The translations under genes were made by a program, and so were the position numbers. The notes below the pieces were generated by a model that saw only the letters and a list, made by a program, of their open reading frames with translations, was not told where the DNA came from and searched no databases. This document shows, piece by piece, positions 1 through 9,788 of a stretch of DNA of 64,000 nt. Origin of the DNA: Patescibacteria group bacterium (GTDB lineage: Bacteria > Patescibacteriota > Minisyncoccia > Phycocordibacterales > PALSA-1337); contig JAGWWT010000001.1 of NCBI GenBank assembly GCA_018970245.1, forward strand, positions 17,548-81,547. The letters run 5' to 3'. Every line of letters starts with the position of its first letter. The stretch's first letter is position 1.

Positions 1-939
1 GCGATGACGGTGATCTTTATCTCGTTCTTCTTGAGCTTGTCGTCGCGGACCGTGCCGAAGATGATCTTGGCTTCCGGATCGATCGACTCGGTGATGACCT
101 TGGCGGCATCCTGGATCTCGAACATGGTCAGGTCTTCGCCGCCGGCGATCGAGAAGAGGACGCCCTTGGCTCCGGCGATCGAGACGTCGAGGAGCGGCGA
201 GTTGATGGCGGCTTTGGCGGCTTCGATGGCGCGATTCTCGCCAGAGGCCATGCCGATGCCCATCAGCGCCGAGCCCGCGTTCTCCATGACCGTCCTTATG
301 TCGGCGAAGTCTATGTTGATGAGCCCGGGGGTCGTGATGAGGTCAGAGATGCCCTCGACGGCCTGGCGGAGTATCTCATCGCACATGGCGAAGGCGTTCT
401 TGACGGTCGTGTCTTTATTTATGGCGGAGAGAAGGCGGTCGTTCGGTACGACTATGATGGCGTCGACTTCTTTGCGAAGGTCCTCGAGAGCGGCATCAGC
501 GATCCTCGAGCGCTGGCGCCCTTCGAAATAGAAGGGCTTGGTGCAGACCGCGACCGTGAGGCAGCCGAGCTCCTTGGCGGTGCGGGCCACCGTGGCGCTC
601 GCGCCGCTGAAAGTCCCGCCTCCCAAACCGCCGGCGACAAAAACCATGTCGGCGCCTTTCACGGATTCCTGGATCTCTTCCTTTGTCTCCTCGGCAGCGC
701 GGCGTCCGAGGTCCGGATTCATGCCGGTCCCGAGCCCGCGGGTCAGATTCTTGCCGATATTGATCTTTTTCTTTGCCTGAGAGCGATGCAGGTCCTGCGC
801 ATCGGTATTGACGACGATGAAGTCGACTCCGCGCACCTTGCAGCTGATCATGTGGTTGACGGCATTGCCGCCGGAACCGCCTACTCCCAGGACTTTTATG
901 CGCGCGAATGCTTCTATATCTGGTGTGATGTTGGGCATG
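1..939 (-). CDS. ftsZ: Cell division GTPase FtsZ (C-terminal part lost at the window edge)
   Basis: Reverse-strand translation from the ATG at 939 gives MPNITPDIEAFARIKVLGVGGSGGNAVNHM...GADMVFVAGGLGGGT, which carries the tubulin/FtsZ GGGTG signature. It lies directly downstream of ftsA. The reading frame runs off coordinate 1. Confidence 0.85.
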
Positions 940-1093
940 AATGGGTACGTACGCCGATCGAAAGGCTTCGTAATGCGTATATTACCACAGGCCTTTTAGG
1001 ATACAAGCAGAATCGCCTTAGCCGAAAAATACAAATCAAAAAGATGGAATAGGCAAGTCAGTTCACGGAGACGCCCGTCGGTTGAGCGGTCTT

Positions 1094-1642
1094 TCACCGG
1101 CTGACCAAGAGCCAAATGGCCGCCAGCGTCACCAGGATCTCGGCGTATGAAGTGAGATTCTTGAAATAGGCCTTGGAGATGAATTCCCAATAATAGGCGA
1201 TGGAGCCGCGTCGGTGCGCGCTCTCGCTCTCTGGCGGATACCGGAGCGCGTAGCTCCTATCCGAGAATGGCCAGAGCCAGCGCACGCCGTACTCGATCGA
1301 GTCGAAAAGCAGATGCGACCATGAGCCGGCCAAGATGACAGCGCTCAGAGTCAGGATGAACGCTGAAGAAGCCGCCAAGCCGATGAGCGCGGCTGCCGCC
1401 GATACGGCCAGCCAGAATATAGGCGTGTGAGTGACATATGATCGGTGCTGCTTCTTGGCGGTCTTCGATCCTATGAGATGCGTGAAGGAGAATATGGCTA
1501 CGTCGATATCGGGCAGGTCGCCGGATATGGTCCCTAAGATGAGCATCCACGTCGATTGCGAAGCTGTGAGGGCTGGATGGAAGATGGCGAGCACGGCCCT
1601 CGTCGCCAAGTATCCTCCAGCTAGATGTCCGGGCAGAACCAT
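1094..1642 (-). CDS. Membrane-bound metal-dependent hydrolase (YdjM/DUF457-like)
   Basis: 182-aa ORF with multiple TM helices and His/Asp-rich motifs (HLxGG...HLLFD) typical of the YdjM family. It sits between ftsA and ftsZ. Confidence 0.5.
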   Translation of the reverse strand: MVLPGHLAGGYLATRAVLAIFHPALTASQSTWMLILGTISGDLPDIDVAIFSFTHLIGSKTAKKQHRSYVTHTPIFWLAVSAAAALIGLAASSAFILTLSAVILAGSWSHLLFDSIEYGVRWLWPFSDRSYALRYPPESESAHRRGSIAYYWEFISKAYFKNLTSYAEILVTLAAIWLLVSR

Positions 1643-1651
1643 AGCTCTATA

Positions 1652-2833
1652 TTATGGAAGGAATTGCTTGAACCAGCGGCCGGCTTTCTTCGTGAGCTGG
1701 CGCAAGACCTGGCTGGAAGTGTCGATCTCCGGGCCCTCTTCTGCATGGGCGCCCCAGATGCACAGGCCGTATCCTACGGCCCAGGTGCTGTCCTTGAATG
1801 TCGAGCTGCCGTTCGGGATCGCCAGAGAACCGATGCGCGAAGGCAGCTTGAGGGAGGCTTTGGCCATATCCTCTATAGAATTCAATCCAGCCCCGCCTCC
1901 GGTTATGACTATGCCCGCCGGCAGCAATCCGTTCCGGCCGATCTTCTTGAGGTGGGCTTCGATGAGCTCGAATATGTCTGAAAGCCTGGCCGAGACGATC
2001 TCCTCGAGCTTCTTGCGCGGATAGGAGCTCCCGGTGATCGCGCCGATCTTGATCTGCTCGGCCTCTTCCAGCGGGACCTTCAAACCCAGCGCGATGTCGT
2101 TGGTGATGTCGGTCGAGCCTATCGGGAACACCTCGAGCGAGCTCGGGATGCCGTTCTCGAAGACCGCGATAGACACGGTCTCGGCGCCGATATTGGCCAG
2201 CACGCAGCCGGCGACCTTCTGCGATTTGCTGAGGGTCACGAATCCGGCGGCTATCGGAGCGGCCATGACGTCTTCGACTTCGATGCCGGCCTCGTTCACC
2301 GCGGCTATGAGGTCGGCCACATGGTGTTCCAGGCAGGTTATGAAGAGCATCTTCTGCTCTATCTTGTTGCCTTTCATGCCCTCTGGCGAGCCCAGGGACG
2401 GCATCCCGTCTATCTTGTACTGGAGAGGTATCTCGTATATGACGCGGCGATTGGCGGAAAGGGAATGGGGGATGTCTGCCTCGCACTGCTCTTCGAGCTT
2501 CTTAAGGTCGAGCGCCGTGATCTCCGCGTCCGCCCTGGAAGTCATGACGAAAGAATTTACAGTGGTGGCCGAAAGCCCGATGCCAGAGATGCCCACGAAA
2601 GCCTTCTTTATCTTCATGCCAGCCTTCTCCTCGGCGATCGAGACCGCCTGCCTGATGCTGTCGGCGACATCGCGTATGTTCGTGACGTACCCGTGCCGGA
2701 GGCCTCGCGATTCGGCCATGCCTGCCGCTATGACCCGCGGAAGGCCATGCTCAGAGCGTTCGCGCATGCTGGCGACGACCACCTTCACATGATAGGTGCC
2801 GACGTCGATGCCTGTGATGATGTTTCGAGACAT
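1652..2833 (-). CDS. ftsA: Cell division protein FtsA (actin-like ATPase)
   Basis: 393 aa. N-terminal ITGIDVGTYHVKVVV phosphate-1 motif, actin-fold signatures throughout, and position immediately upstream of ftsZ. Confidence 0.85.
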   Translation of the reverse strand: MSRNIITGIDVGTYHVKVVVASMRERSEHGLPRVIAAGMAESRGLRHGYVTNIRDVADSIRQAVSIAEEKAGMKIKKAFVGISGIGLSATTVNSFVMTSRADAEITALDLKKLEEQCEADIPHSLSANRRVIYEIPLQYKIDGMPSLGSPEGMKGNKIEQKMLFITCLEHHVADLIAAVNEAGIEVEDVMAAPIAAGFVTLSKSQKVAGCVLANIGAETVSIAVFENGIPSSLEVFPIGSTDITNDIALGLKVPLEEAEQIKIGAITGSSYPRKKLEEIVSARLSDIFELIEAHLKKIGRNGLLPAGIVITGGGAGLNSIEDMAKASLKLPSRIGSLAIPNGSSTFKDSTWAVGYGLCIWGAHAEEGPEIDTSSQVLRQLTKKAGRWFKQFLP

Positions 2834-2835
2834 TG

Positions 2836-3222
2836 CTAGATCTTGAATCTCCTCCTATACCGCTCCTCAAGCTTTTCCATTCTACTGCCATGGTCGTATC
2901 CTTTCAAATGCACGCATCCGTGGATAAAGAGAAAGGCGATGAAATTCCCGTAAGGTCGGCCGAACTTCTTGGCTTCTTTGCGGGCTTCGGTCGGGCAGAG
3001 ATAGATCTCGCCCTCTCCATCGGACAAGGGGAAGCTCAATATGTCCGTCGGCTTGGTCTTGTCGCGGTATATGGTGTTCAAGGCCTTCATCCTGGCGGGT
3101 GCGGCGACAATGGTGTTCAGGCGGTAGGCCTTGCCGAGGATGGCCTCCTTGATGGCGCGAAAAGCCACGCGTGGGAGCGTGGCCTTGGTCTCGTTGATGA
3201 GCGCGAATCTGCTTGCAGCCAT
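2836..3222 (-). CDS. ybeY: rRNA maturation endoribonuclease YbeY
   Basis: 128 aa with the HGCVHLKGYDH (HxxxHxxxxxH) zinc motif and a DILSFP motif. Confidence 0.8.
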   Translation of the reverse strand: MAASRFALINETKATLPRVAFRAIKEAILGKAYRLNTIVAAPARMKALNTIYRDKTKPTDILSFPLSDGEGEIYLCPTEARKEAKKFGRPYGNFIAFLFIHGCVHLKGYDHGSRMEKLEERYRRRFKI

Positions 3223-3229
3223 CTGTTAT

Positions 3230-3481
3230 TTATCTCCTAGGCCCGCGTTCCGGCTTGACCGGGGCTTTGCCGAGCTTGATGAGCTCAGCCATGTGCTCGC
3301 GGCGGCGGATGAGGGTCAGAGCGCGCTGCTTGACCTTGTAATGAGATTGGACGCGAGTCGAGGAGCGCAGGCTGCGGACGCGCGGGATGATGCCCGAGCC
3401 CTGGACCTTCCTGCTGAACCGGCGGACGATGCTCATAGCGTTCTCCCCGGGATTCCTGGTTATTTCTACGTTTATTGCCAT
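3230..3481 (-). CDS. rpsU: 30S ribosomal protein S21
   Basis: 83-aa basic protein; VRRFSRKVQGSGII..RVRS resembles the S21 ALRRFKR...GI..E.RR core. Confidence 0.65.
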   Translation of the reverse strand: MAINVEITRNPGENAMSIVRRFSRKVQGSGIIPRVRSLRSSTRVQSHYKVKQRALTLIRRREHMAELIKLGKAPVKPERGPRR

Positions 3482-3543
3482 AGAGCGCTCACTTTAACAT
3501 ATGAGGAGATAATGAGCAAATGCGGACCGCCGCATCCAGATGA

Positions 3544-4761
3544 TCATTTCTTGAAATACTGGTCCTCGATCTTCTTCATGTACTTGGGCAGATCGGAGAG
3601 AGGGACGATGTCCTGAGAATGCGTGTCTGTTCGGCGGACGATGACGGTGCGGTCGACGGCCTCTTTCTTGCCCATGACTATGATATACGGGGTGTGGTAT
3701 TTCTCTATGCTCGATACCTGTGCTCCGAGGCGATCCTTGGCCAGCGAGACATAGAGGGGTATCTTGACCTGCCGCAAAGCCTCTATGACCTGGAGGGAGA
3801 GCAGCTTCGACTCGAGGCCGAGCTGTATGAAGGAGGCGATCGGACGCTTGAGCTTGGTGAGCGGCTTGCGCAAGCCGGACTTGTTCTCCTTGATGAGGAG
3901 CGAGAGGCCGACGCCCTGGATGTCGCGCTTCATGTTCAGGCGCTTGGAAAGCCCGTTGTACCTGGCTCCTACGGCGAGGATGTGTTGGGAGCCCTTCTGG
4001 CTGTCATCGGCGTTGACTATGGAGAAGACTGTCTCGGTGCAGTACTTGCGGTTGCCGATCAGGCCGTTGTTGATCCGGTAGGGGATCTCGAGTGTCTCCA
4101 GGTACTCCAAGATCTCCTCGAGATGGCGGCGGCTGGTCTCGGACAGGAAGTCCATGGCCCGCGGCGCGCCGGCGTTGAGCTCACGGCATGAATCGTCGTG
4201 GCTTGACAGGAGCTCGAATGGATCCGTCTTGAAGAGCTGGCGGCATTCCGGCGTCATGTCGTTTATGTTCTTGCGGTAGTAGGCTGTCAGCTCCTTGACG
4301 AAGCGGACGATCGAATCGTGGTCGCCGATCGAGTTGATCTCGACCATAGTGTTCTCATAGCCCTCGGCGGCGAGCATGGCCCGGCCGGTCTGGATGAGCG
4401 CCGCTTCGGCGATCGGTCCCGAGGCGCCCAGGATCTCGAGGTCGGCATAGCGATGATAGTGGCTGCGCTTGGAGTTGCGGCAGGGATCTTTGTAGTAGAG
4501 CATCACCGGCTGCGGCAGAGCGTGCATGTTCTCGCTATGATAGGCGCGGATGATGGATATCTTCTCCTCGGCATGGAGCGGCAAGCGGCCGTGGCTCTCC
4601 GTCTCGTCATCTATGTAGTCTCCGTCGAGGAGGCCCTTGGCGGCATCGAGGTCTGCTTTGGAGATGGCCGGGCTCTTCATGGGCGCGAATCCGTAATACA
4701 CGGCGATCTCGCCTATCTTGTCCAGGTGCTCGAAGGGGATGAACTTCGGTTGATTGGCCAT
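3544..4761 (-). CDS. hisS: Histidyl-tRNA synthetase
   Basis: 405 aa. Class II aaRS core with HisRS-type motifs and a C-terminal anticodon-binding domain. Confidence 0.8.
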   Translation of the reverse strand: MANQPKFIPFEHLDKIGEIAVYYGFAPMKSPAISKADLDAAKGLLDGDYIDDETESHGRLPLHAEEKISIIRAYHSENMHALPQPVMLYYKDPCRNSKRSHYHRYADLEILGASGPIAEAALIQTGRAMLAAEGYENTMVEINSIGDHDSIVRFVKELTAYYRKNINDMTPECRQLFKTDPFELLSSHDDSCRELNAGAPRAMDFLSETSRRHLEEILEYLETLEIPYRINNGLIGNRKYCTETVFSIVNADDSQKGSQHILAVGARYNGLSKRLNMKRDIQGVGLSLLIKENKSGLRKPLTKLKRPIASFIQLGLESKLLSLQVIEALRQVKIPLYVSLAKDRLGAQVSSIEKYHTPYIIVMGKKEAVDRTVIVRRTDTHSQDIVPLSDLPKYMKKIEDQYFKK

Positions 4762-4764
4762 GGT

Positions 4765-5382
4765 TTATTTATTTGGTTGTGTATAAGCGCCCGGCAGGAT
4801 CGATATCTTGTCGAGAGGGAAGAGACGGACCACAGGCCTGCCGACGATGAGGTCTGCCGGAAGCGGTCCCCAAGCCCGCGAATCGGAGCTCTGGGCTCGG
4901 TTGTCTCCCATGACGAAATATTGCGTGGGACTGAGGGTGATATGGTAGTCGTCGTGCGAAGCGTGCGTAGGCGATACGTAGGGCTCGGAAAGGATGATCT
5001 TCGTGGCTCCTTCCGGCGATGTGGAAGCGGTCGTTATCGTGACTATGCCATTGTGTATGTCGACGGTCTCGCCAGGCAGGCCGATGATCCTCTTTATGTA
5101 ATAGATGCTGGGATTGTCGGGGAATTCGAAGACGATGACGTCATCGCGCTTGGGCGGCTCGAAACGATATGTCAGCCGGTCGACTATCAGGAATTGCCCG
5201 GTAGAGAATGTCGGATCCATGGATGCGCCGTTCACGATGAACGGCTCGGCCACGAAGAATCGTATCGGCAGCGAGATGATGAGGGCGATGATGATGACCT
5301 GGACCCATTCTCGGACTGTTCGCCAGAAACCGGGCTTGTTATCCTTTTCGGATCCTTCTTGGATGGGTGCGCCGGCCTCCAT
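4765..5382 (-). CDS. lepB: Signal peptidase I
   Basis: 205 aa. N-terminal TM, catalytic-region motifs GASMDPT and GDNRAQSSDSRAWGPLP. Confidence 0.85.
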   Translation of the reverse strand: MEAGAPIQEGSEKDNKPGFWRTVREWVQVIIIALIISLPIRFFVAEPFIVNGASMDPTFSTGQFLIVDRLTYRFEPPKRDDVIVFEFPDNPSIYYIKRIIGLPGETVDIHNGIVTITTASTSPEGATKIILSEPYVSPTHASHDDYHITLSPTQYFVMGDNRAQSSDSRAWGPLPADLIVGRPVVRLFPLDKISILPGAYTQPNK

Positions 5383-5442
5383 AATGCGGCTATTTTACTC
5401 TCTAATATCGAACAGCACAAGTTTTTGTGATAATATCGCGGC

Positions 5443-6039
5443 ATGAGATACATCATAGTAGGGCTGGGGAATCCCGGCGAAGGATACGAGAGCACGCGCC
5501 ACAATGCCGGACGCATCATCCTCGACGCGATCCGGAAGGAATTCTCGAAAGGCGAGTTCGAGTTCGACAAGAAGTTGAACGCGCTCGTCGCCGAGGCCAA
5601 GATCGGAAAGGAGAAAGTCGCTCTGATCGCACCCGAGACATTCATGAACAATTCAGGGAAAGCCGTCGCGCCTCTAGTGAAGAGCAAGAAGGCCGCAGAA
5701 GGGCTCGTCGTCATCTATGACGACTTCAATCTGCCTCTCGGCCGCATGAAGATCTCCTTCAACCGCAGCTCAGGCGGGCATAACGGCCTGGAATCCGTCA
5801 TCAAGGCAGTGAAGACCGAGGCCTTCGCGCGCATCCGCATCGGCACCGCTCCGGCGAACGCTAAGGGCGAAGCGAAGACGCCGCACGGCGACGACAAGAT
5901 AGAGAAGTTCATCCTCGGCCGATTCAAGGACGAAGAGCTGAAAGCCTTGAAAAAGGTCTCTAAGTCGGCCGCAGAAGCAGCAGAGATGCTGATCAAGGAG
6001 GGCAGAGAAAAAGCCATGAGCTTATACAACGCGGCCTGA
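5443..6039 (+). CDS. pth: Peptidyl-tRNA hydrolase
   Basis: 198 aa. MRYIIVGLGNPGEGYESTRHNAG is the canonical Pth N-terminus. Confidence 0.9.
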   Translation: MRYIIVGLGNPGEGYESTRHNAGRIILDAIRKEFSKGEFEFDKKLNALVAEAKIGKEKVALIAPETFMNNSGKAVAPLVKSKKAAEGLVVIYDDFNLPLGRMKISFNRSSGGHNGLESVIKAVKTEAFARIRIGTAPANAKGEAKTPHGDDKIEKFILGRFKDEELKALKKVSKSAAEAAEMLIKEGREKAMSLYNAA

Positions 6040-6073
6040 CTTATCCACAAGAACGGCCCGGAGCAGTCTGCGG

Positions 6074-6082
6074 GCTGATATA
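6074..6082 (+). promoter_or_regulatory. Extended -10 promoter element TGATATAAT
   Basis: Exact TGnTATAAT roughly 29 nt upstream of the ATG at 6111. Confidence 0.4.
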
Positions 6083-6110
6083 ATTACAGGAAAGAGCGCA
6101 AGCTCTCACG

Positions 6111-6446
6111 ATGGCGCCAGCAGAAAACAATTTCTTGGCACTGCCGAAGCCGCACGAGCATGTTTCGCGGCTTTTGGTCCTGACCATCATCATGGGCACG
6201 ATCGTGCTCCTTTTGTGGCTGGGGGCGGTGATATGGAGCACCTCGAACGCGCCGCAAGCGTCAGCGCCGGCACCGGTCAAGAGCATGGCAGAACAGATCA
6301 CGGAACAGCTATCCAATGCGCCCGTAGCCGCTGTCCAGCCTCAGACTGTGAAAAACATCACGGCCCAGCTCGACAAGGCTAAAGCAAATCCTCTGACTTC
6401 CAGCCAAAAAGCAGCGATAACCAAACAATTATCAGCTCCTTATTAG
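6111..6446 (+). CDS. Hypothetical small membrane-anchored protein
   Basis: 111 aa with one TM helix (LLVLTIIMGTIVLLLWLGAVIW) and an Ala/Gln-rich tail. Confidence 0.4.
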   Translation: MAPAENNFLALPKPHEHVSRLLVLTIIMGTIVLLLWLGAVIWSTSNAPQASAPAPVKSMAEQITEQLSNAPVAAVQPQTVKNITAQLDKAKANPLTSSQKAAITKQLSAPY

Positions 6447-6465
6447 ATAATCATATAAGCAAATC

Positions 6466-7125
6466 ATGAAGAACAGATCTCTAGTCAACAGGGTAGCGGC
6501 TCTCACCGGCATCCTCCTCGGAGCGTTCGCCCTCTCGGCTCTGGCAAATTGGACGGCGCCTTTGAATCCTCCCCCGACCTGCATCTCGGGCGATCCGGGC
6601 TGCGACGCGCCGATAAATGTCGGTCCTGTAGCGCAATACAAAGTCGGTCCTGGAGGCATAGGCATCGGCGCTTCCAGTGGAATGGACGCCGGCACCCTCC
6701 TCGACGTATTCGGTACGGCTGTCGCCCAGGACTTCTGGACGAATACATTGCATGTCAAAGGCTCGGCCCAGACGCTCGGCAAAGGCTACGTCCTCACGGA
6801 TGTTAATGGAGATGGCAACGCGACCTGGCAGCCTTCGACCGGCGGCTCTGGCAGCAGCACGAGCGGTGTCACGAGCATAAAGTCTGGAAGCACCGACAAC
6901 ATCACGGTCTCGCCGACGACAGGGAACGTCGTCATCTCAGCGCACGGAACGGTGGGAGGAGGATGCTATCAGGATGGCGGAACTAAGACGTGGGGAAATG
7001 CATCAACTAATTCGCTCGGGTCATGCATTTGCCCAAGCCAATATACGGCTCAAAAAATCAGCGGAGGACAAGTCATAGGAACGTCCGGAACTATAGCAGC
7101 TAGCTATCTTTGCCTCCGTAATTAA
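6466..7125 (+). CDS. Hypothetical secreted Gly/Ser/Thr-rich protein
   Basis: 219 aa with an N-terminal signal peptide (LTGILLGAFALSALA), then a low-complexity G/S/T region and Cys residues. Confidence 0.45.
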   Translation: MKNRSLVNRVAALTGILLGAFALSALANWTAPLNPPPTCISGDPGCDAPINVGPVAQYKVGPGGIGIGASSGMDAGTLLDVFGTAVAQDFWTNTLHVKGSAQTLGKGYVLTDVNGDGNATWQPSTGGSGSSTSGVTSIKSGSTDNITVSPTTGNVVISAHGTVGGGCYQDGGTKTWGNASTNSLGSCICPSQYTAQKISGGQVIGTSGTIAASYLCLRN

Positions 7126-7177
7126 AACAGCCCTGCCTTGATGGTGGGCCTGTTTTAATTATATCGGATCGGCGATT

Positions 7178-8422
7178 TTATGCCTTCATCTCGCCGCCGA
7201 ATGAGAGCGCCATCTTCTGATCTTTTGGATCGAAGAGGGTGATTTTGAACGGATAGGTCTTGCCGAGCTCGAGGGCCTTGCGGAGCTTCTCTTCCGAGCC
7301 GAATTCTGAGACGTGGACCAAGCCAGCCACGCCTTCCTCGATGGAAGCGAGCGCGCCATGCTTGTTGAACTTGATGATGACGCCGGTGACGGACATGTCC
7401 TTCTTGTACTTCTTGGCCGCTTCGATCCACGGATTCGGACGCAGCTGCTTGAGCGATAGGGAGATCTTGCCATCCTTGATCTCTATGATCTTGGCTTTGA
7501 TGCGCTGGCCGGTCTTCACGAAGTTGCGTGGATTGTCGACGAGGCCCCAGTCGATCTCTGATATGTGGACGAGGCCTTCTAGGCCTTCCTCGAGCTTGAT
7601 GAAGACGCCGAAGTCGACTACGCCGGTGACGGTGCCTTCGACTTCGTCTCCGATCTCGTACTTGCTGACGATCTTCTCTTTCTCAGTCGATTCAGATCCC
7701 TTCTCGGAGAAGATGAGCTTGCCTTCCTTCGGGTCGGCGGTGATTATCGAGACTTGCAGGCGAGTGCCGACGAGCTTCTTGAGCTCATCAAGGATCTTGT
7801 CCTTGTCGCCGTCGGTGATGCGGGGGTAGTGCTCGGCCTTGAGCTGGGAAGCAGGCAAGAATCCGGTGATGCCTTGCCATTCGATGAGGAGGCCGCCCTT
7901 GTTGGCTTCCTTGACCGGAAGGTCGAGGACCTTCTTCTCTCTGATGGCAGATTCAGCCTCGTTCCAGATGAGGGCCTGGCGGGCTTCCTTGAGGGAGAGC
8001 TCGTAATAGCCTTCCTTGTGGGCGTTGTCGACGATCTTGGCGGCGATGACGTCGCCGACGTTGATCTTCTTTATGACGTCGCGGGCCACGATGAATTCGC
8101 GGCCGTATATGATGCCTGTCCCGAATGGAGCCAAGTCGACGAAGACTGCCGATTTCTCGACGGCGATGACCGGTCCTTCGACCAGATCGCCGATGATCGG
8201 CGGATTCTTCATGCCGGAGACGAGCTTGCCCATCTCCGTCTGCATCTGAGCATCGGTTATGTCGCTATTGTCGTTCTTGGCGGTCTTCTTGGCTTCGGTC
8301 TTCGCCTCTGCCTTCGTCTCTGTTTTGGCATCGGTCTCGACCGTTTCGGGCGCTGTCGCCGTTCCTGTCTCGGTATCGGCGTCCTTGTGCCCAGTTATCG
8401 TGTCTTTAAGCTTCTTGAACAT
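7178..8422 (-). CDS. rpsA: 30S ribosomal protein S1 (multi-S1-domain)
   Basis: 414 aa with four repeated S1 OB-fold units (G.VV.G.V..I..FG.FV.L patterns). Confidence 0.8.
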   Translation of the reverse strand: MFKKLKDTITGHKDADTETGTATAPETVETDAKTETKAEAKTEAKKTAKNDNSDITDAQMQTEMGKLVSGMKNPPIIGDLVEGPVIAVEKSAVFVDLAPFGTGIIYGREFIVARDVIKKINVGDVIAAKIVDNAHKEGYYELSLKEARQALIWNEAESAIREKKVLDLPVKEANKGGLLIEWQGITGFLPASQLKAEHYPRITDGDKDKILDELKKLVGTRLQVSIITADPKEGKLIFSEKGSESTEKEKIVSKYEIGDEVEGTVTGVVDFGVFIKLEEGLEGLVHISEIDWGLVDNPRNFVKTGQRIKAKIIEIKDGKISLSLKQLRPNPWIEAAKKYKKDMSVTGVIIKFNKHGALASIEEGVAGLVHVSEFGSEEKLRKALELGKTYPFKITLFDPKDQKMALSFGGEMKA

Positions 8423-8575
8423 TTGTTAAGGCGCGATCCGCTTTTTATATTGATAATACAGAGGCCTCGCCTCTGCTGACGATTGCGGGATTACGCGCGG
8501 TTTCTAAGAGCGAACCACGGCATATTACTGCATTATTGCCATTTTGTCCATGAAAGGCTGATCTGCGGAGTGGGC

Positions 8576-8616
8576 ATAAAAACAACCCACCGGCGCGGCG
8601 AACCGCGAAGGTGGGT
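8576..8616 (-). terminator. Rho-independent terminator for the response-regulator gene
   Basis: On the minus strand: CCCACCttcgcggttcgccgcgccGGTGGG followed by TTGTTTTTAT. Confidence 0.5.
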
Positions 8617-8641
8617 GTGTGATCCTGTGGGCTTGTCTGGA

Positions 8642-9028
8642 TCATTCGTGCCGGACCTTTCCCAGCAGGCGCTCTGCCGCTCCAAGCAGATCCTTGAGCT
8701 TGAAGGGCTTGACCAGGAAGACGTCTGCTGGCGTCTCTGCCTGATCTTGATCTGTCATGTCTCCAGACATACAGATGACCGGAATCCCAGGATCTCGCCT
8801 TTTGGCCGTCTCAGCTACGAGCTTGCCTTCGCGGCCTCGCGGGATCCGGAAATCGGTCACGACGAGGTCGAAGCGCTCGCCAGACTCGATCCGGTCGATC
8901 GCGTCAAATGCATCCGCGCACTCGACTATCTCGGGATCTTCGGCGTGGTCCAGACCGGCTAACGTGATGACGACTAGTTGCCTCACGGCTCCAATGTCGT
9001 CGACCACCAGTATTTTCGATCTTCTCAT
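8642..9028 (-). CDS. Single-domain response regulator (CheY-like receiver)
   Basis: From the internal start MRRSKILVVDD: phospho-acceptor Asp (VVTDF) and conserved Lys (LVKPF). No kinase is adjacent. Confidence 0.7.
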   Translation of the reverse strand: MRRSKILVVDDIGAVRQLVVITLAGLDHAEDPEIVECADAFDAIDRIESGERFDLVVTDFRIPRGREGKLVAETAKRRDPGIPVICMSGDMTDQDQAETPADVFLVKPFKLKDLLGAAERLLGKVRHE

Positions 9029-9125
9029 AGTGCCTTTCTTTGCACCGCGTGTTTCTAATATCATAGCACGACAGCATAACAAAGTCAAGCTGAAGAATGT
9101 CGCCATATCTGATAGAATCACGGCC

Positions 9126-9758
9126 ATGATCATCAATTATCTCGGCGGCGAATTCGTGAAAGTCCAATTCGGCGACACCATCCTGGCGTTCAATCCGATC
9201 TCCAAGGACTCCAAGCTCAAGACCACGAAGTTCGGCGCCGACATCGTCCTCTCTTCGATCAATCATCCGGACATGAATGGCATCGACCAGATGTCATTCG
9301 GCGAAAAGAAGCCTTTCGTCATCAGCGGACCAGGAGAGTACGAGGTCAAGGGAGTCTTCATCAAAGGCCTGGCTTCCGGATCCGGCTATGACGGCGAGAA
9401 GCGGATCAATACTATATATACGGTCGGGCTCGAAGGGATGAATATCTGCTTCCTTGGCGCGATAGATACGCCCGAGCTGTCGAAGGAAGCCGATGAGGGC
9501 ATCGACGGCGTGGACATATTGTTCGTGCCCATAGGCGGCGAAGGCGTGCTTTCACCGGCCCAAGCCTACAAGCTGGCGGTCTCGATAGGCCCGAAGATCA
9601 TCATACCGGTCCATTACGGCGACATGGGCGGCAAGGACGCGCTCAAGCAGTTCCTGAAAGAGGCGGGGGATAATCCGAAGCCCGAAGCCAAGCTGACCCT
9701 CAAGAAGAAGGACCTGGAAGGCAAGGAAGCGGACGTTGTAGTCCTAGAAAAGGAGTAG
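9126..9758 (+). CDS. Metallo-beta-lactamase-fold metal-dependent hydrolase (UPF0173-like)
   Basis: About 210 aa from MIINYLGGEF. MBL-like His/Asp pattern (SSINHPDMNG ... IIPVHYGDMGG). Confidence 0.5.
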   Translation: MIINYLGGEFVKVQFGDTILAFNPISKDSKLKTTKFGADIVLSSINHPDMNGIDQMSFGEKKPFVISGPGEYEVKGVFIKGLASGSGYDGEKRINTIYTVGLEGMNICFLGAIDTPELSKEADEGIDGVDILFVPIGGEGVLSPAQAYKLAVSIGPKIIIPVHYGDMGGKDALKQFLKEAGDNPKPEAKLTLKKKDLEGKEADVVVLEKE

Positions 9759-9788
9759 TACAATTCAGGCATGGATGGAAATTGATCA

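Noticed and set aside
4-531. 175-aa plus-strand ORF at the window start
   Set aside because: It lies antisense to the clearly conserved ftsZ frame, and its low-complexity Ser/Ala/Arg composition is typical of GC-rich antisense frames.
1647-2486. 279-aa Arg-rich minus-strand ORF (and similar ORFs at 12173..12904, 12943..13725, 30560..31729, 33242..33658)
   Set aside because: These are alternative or antisense frames of ftsA, gyrA, smc and mreB with extreme Arg/Ala/Ser bias and no motifs. They are spurious in high-GC DNA.
7130-7160. Terminator hairpin between the convergent 6466..7125 and rpsA genes
   Set aside because: Only an imperfect stem (cagccc...gggcctg) with short A/T flanks. Too weak to call.
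8757-9758. 333-aa ORF as a single protein
   Set aside because: The N-terminal ~120 residues are antisense to the response-regulator gene and Ser/Arg-rich. The conserved MBL-fold protein begins at MIINYLGG (9126).
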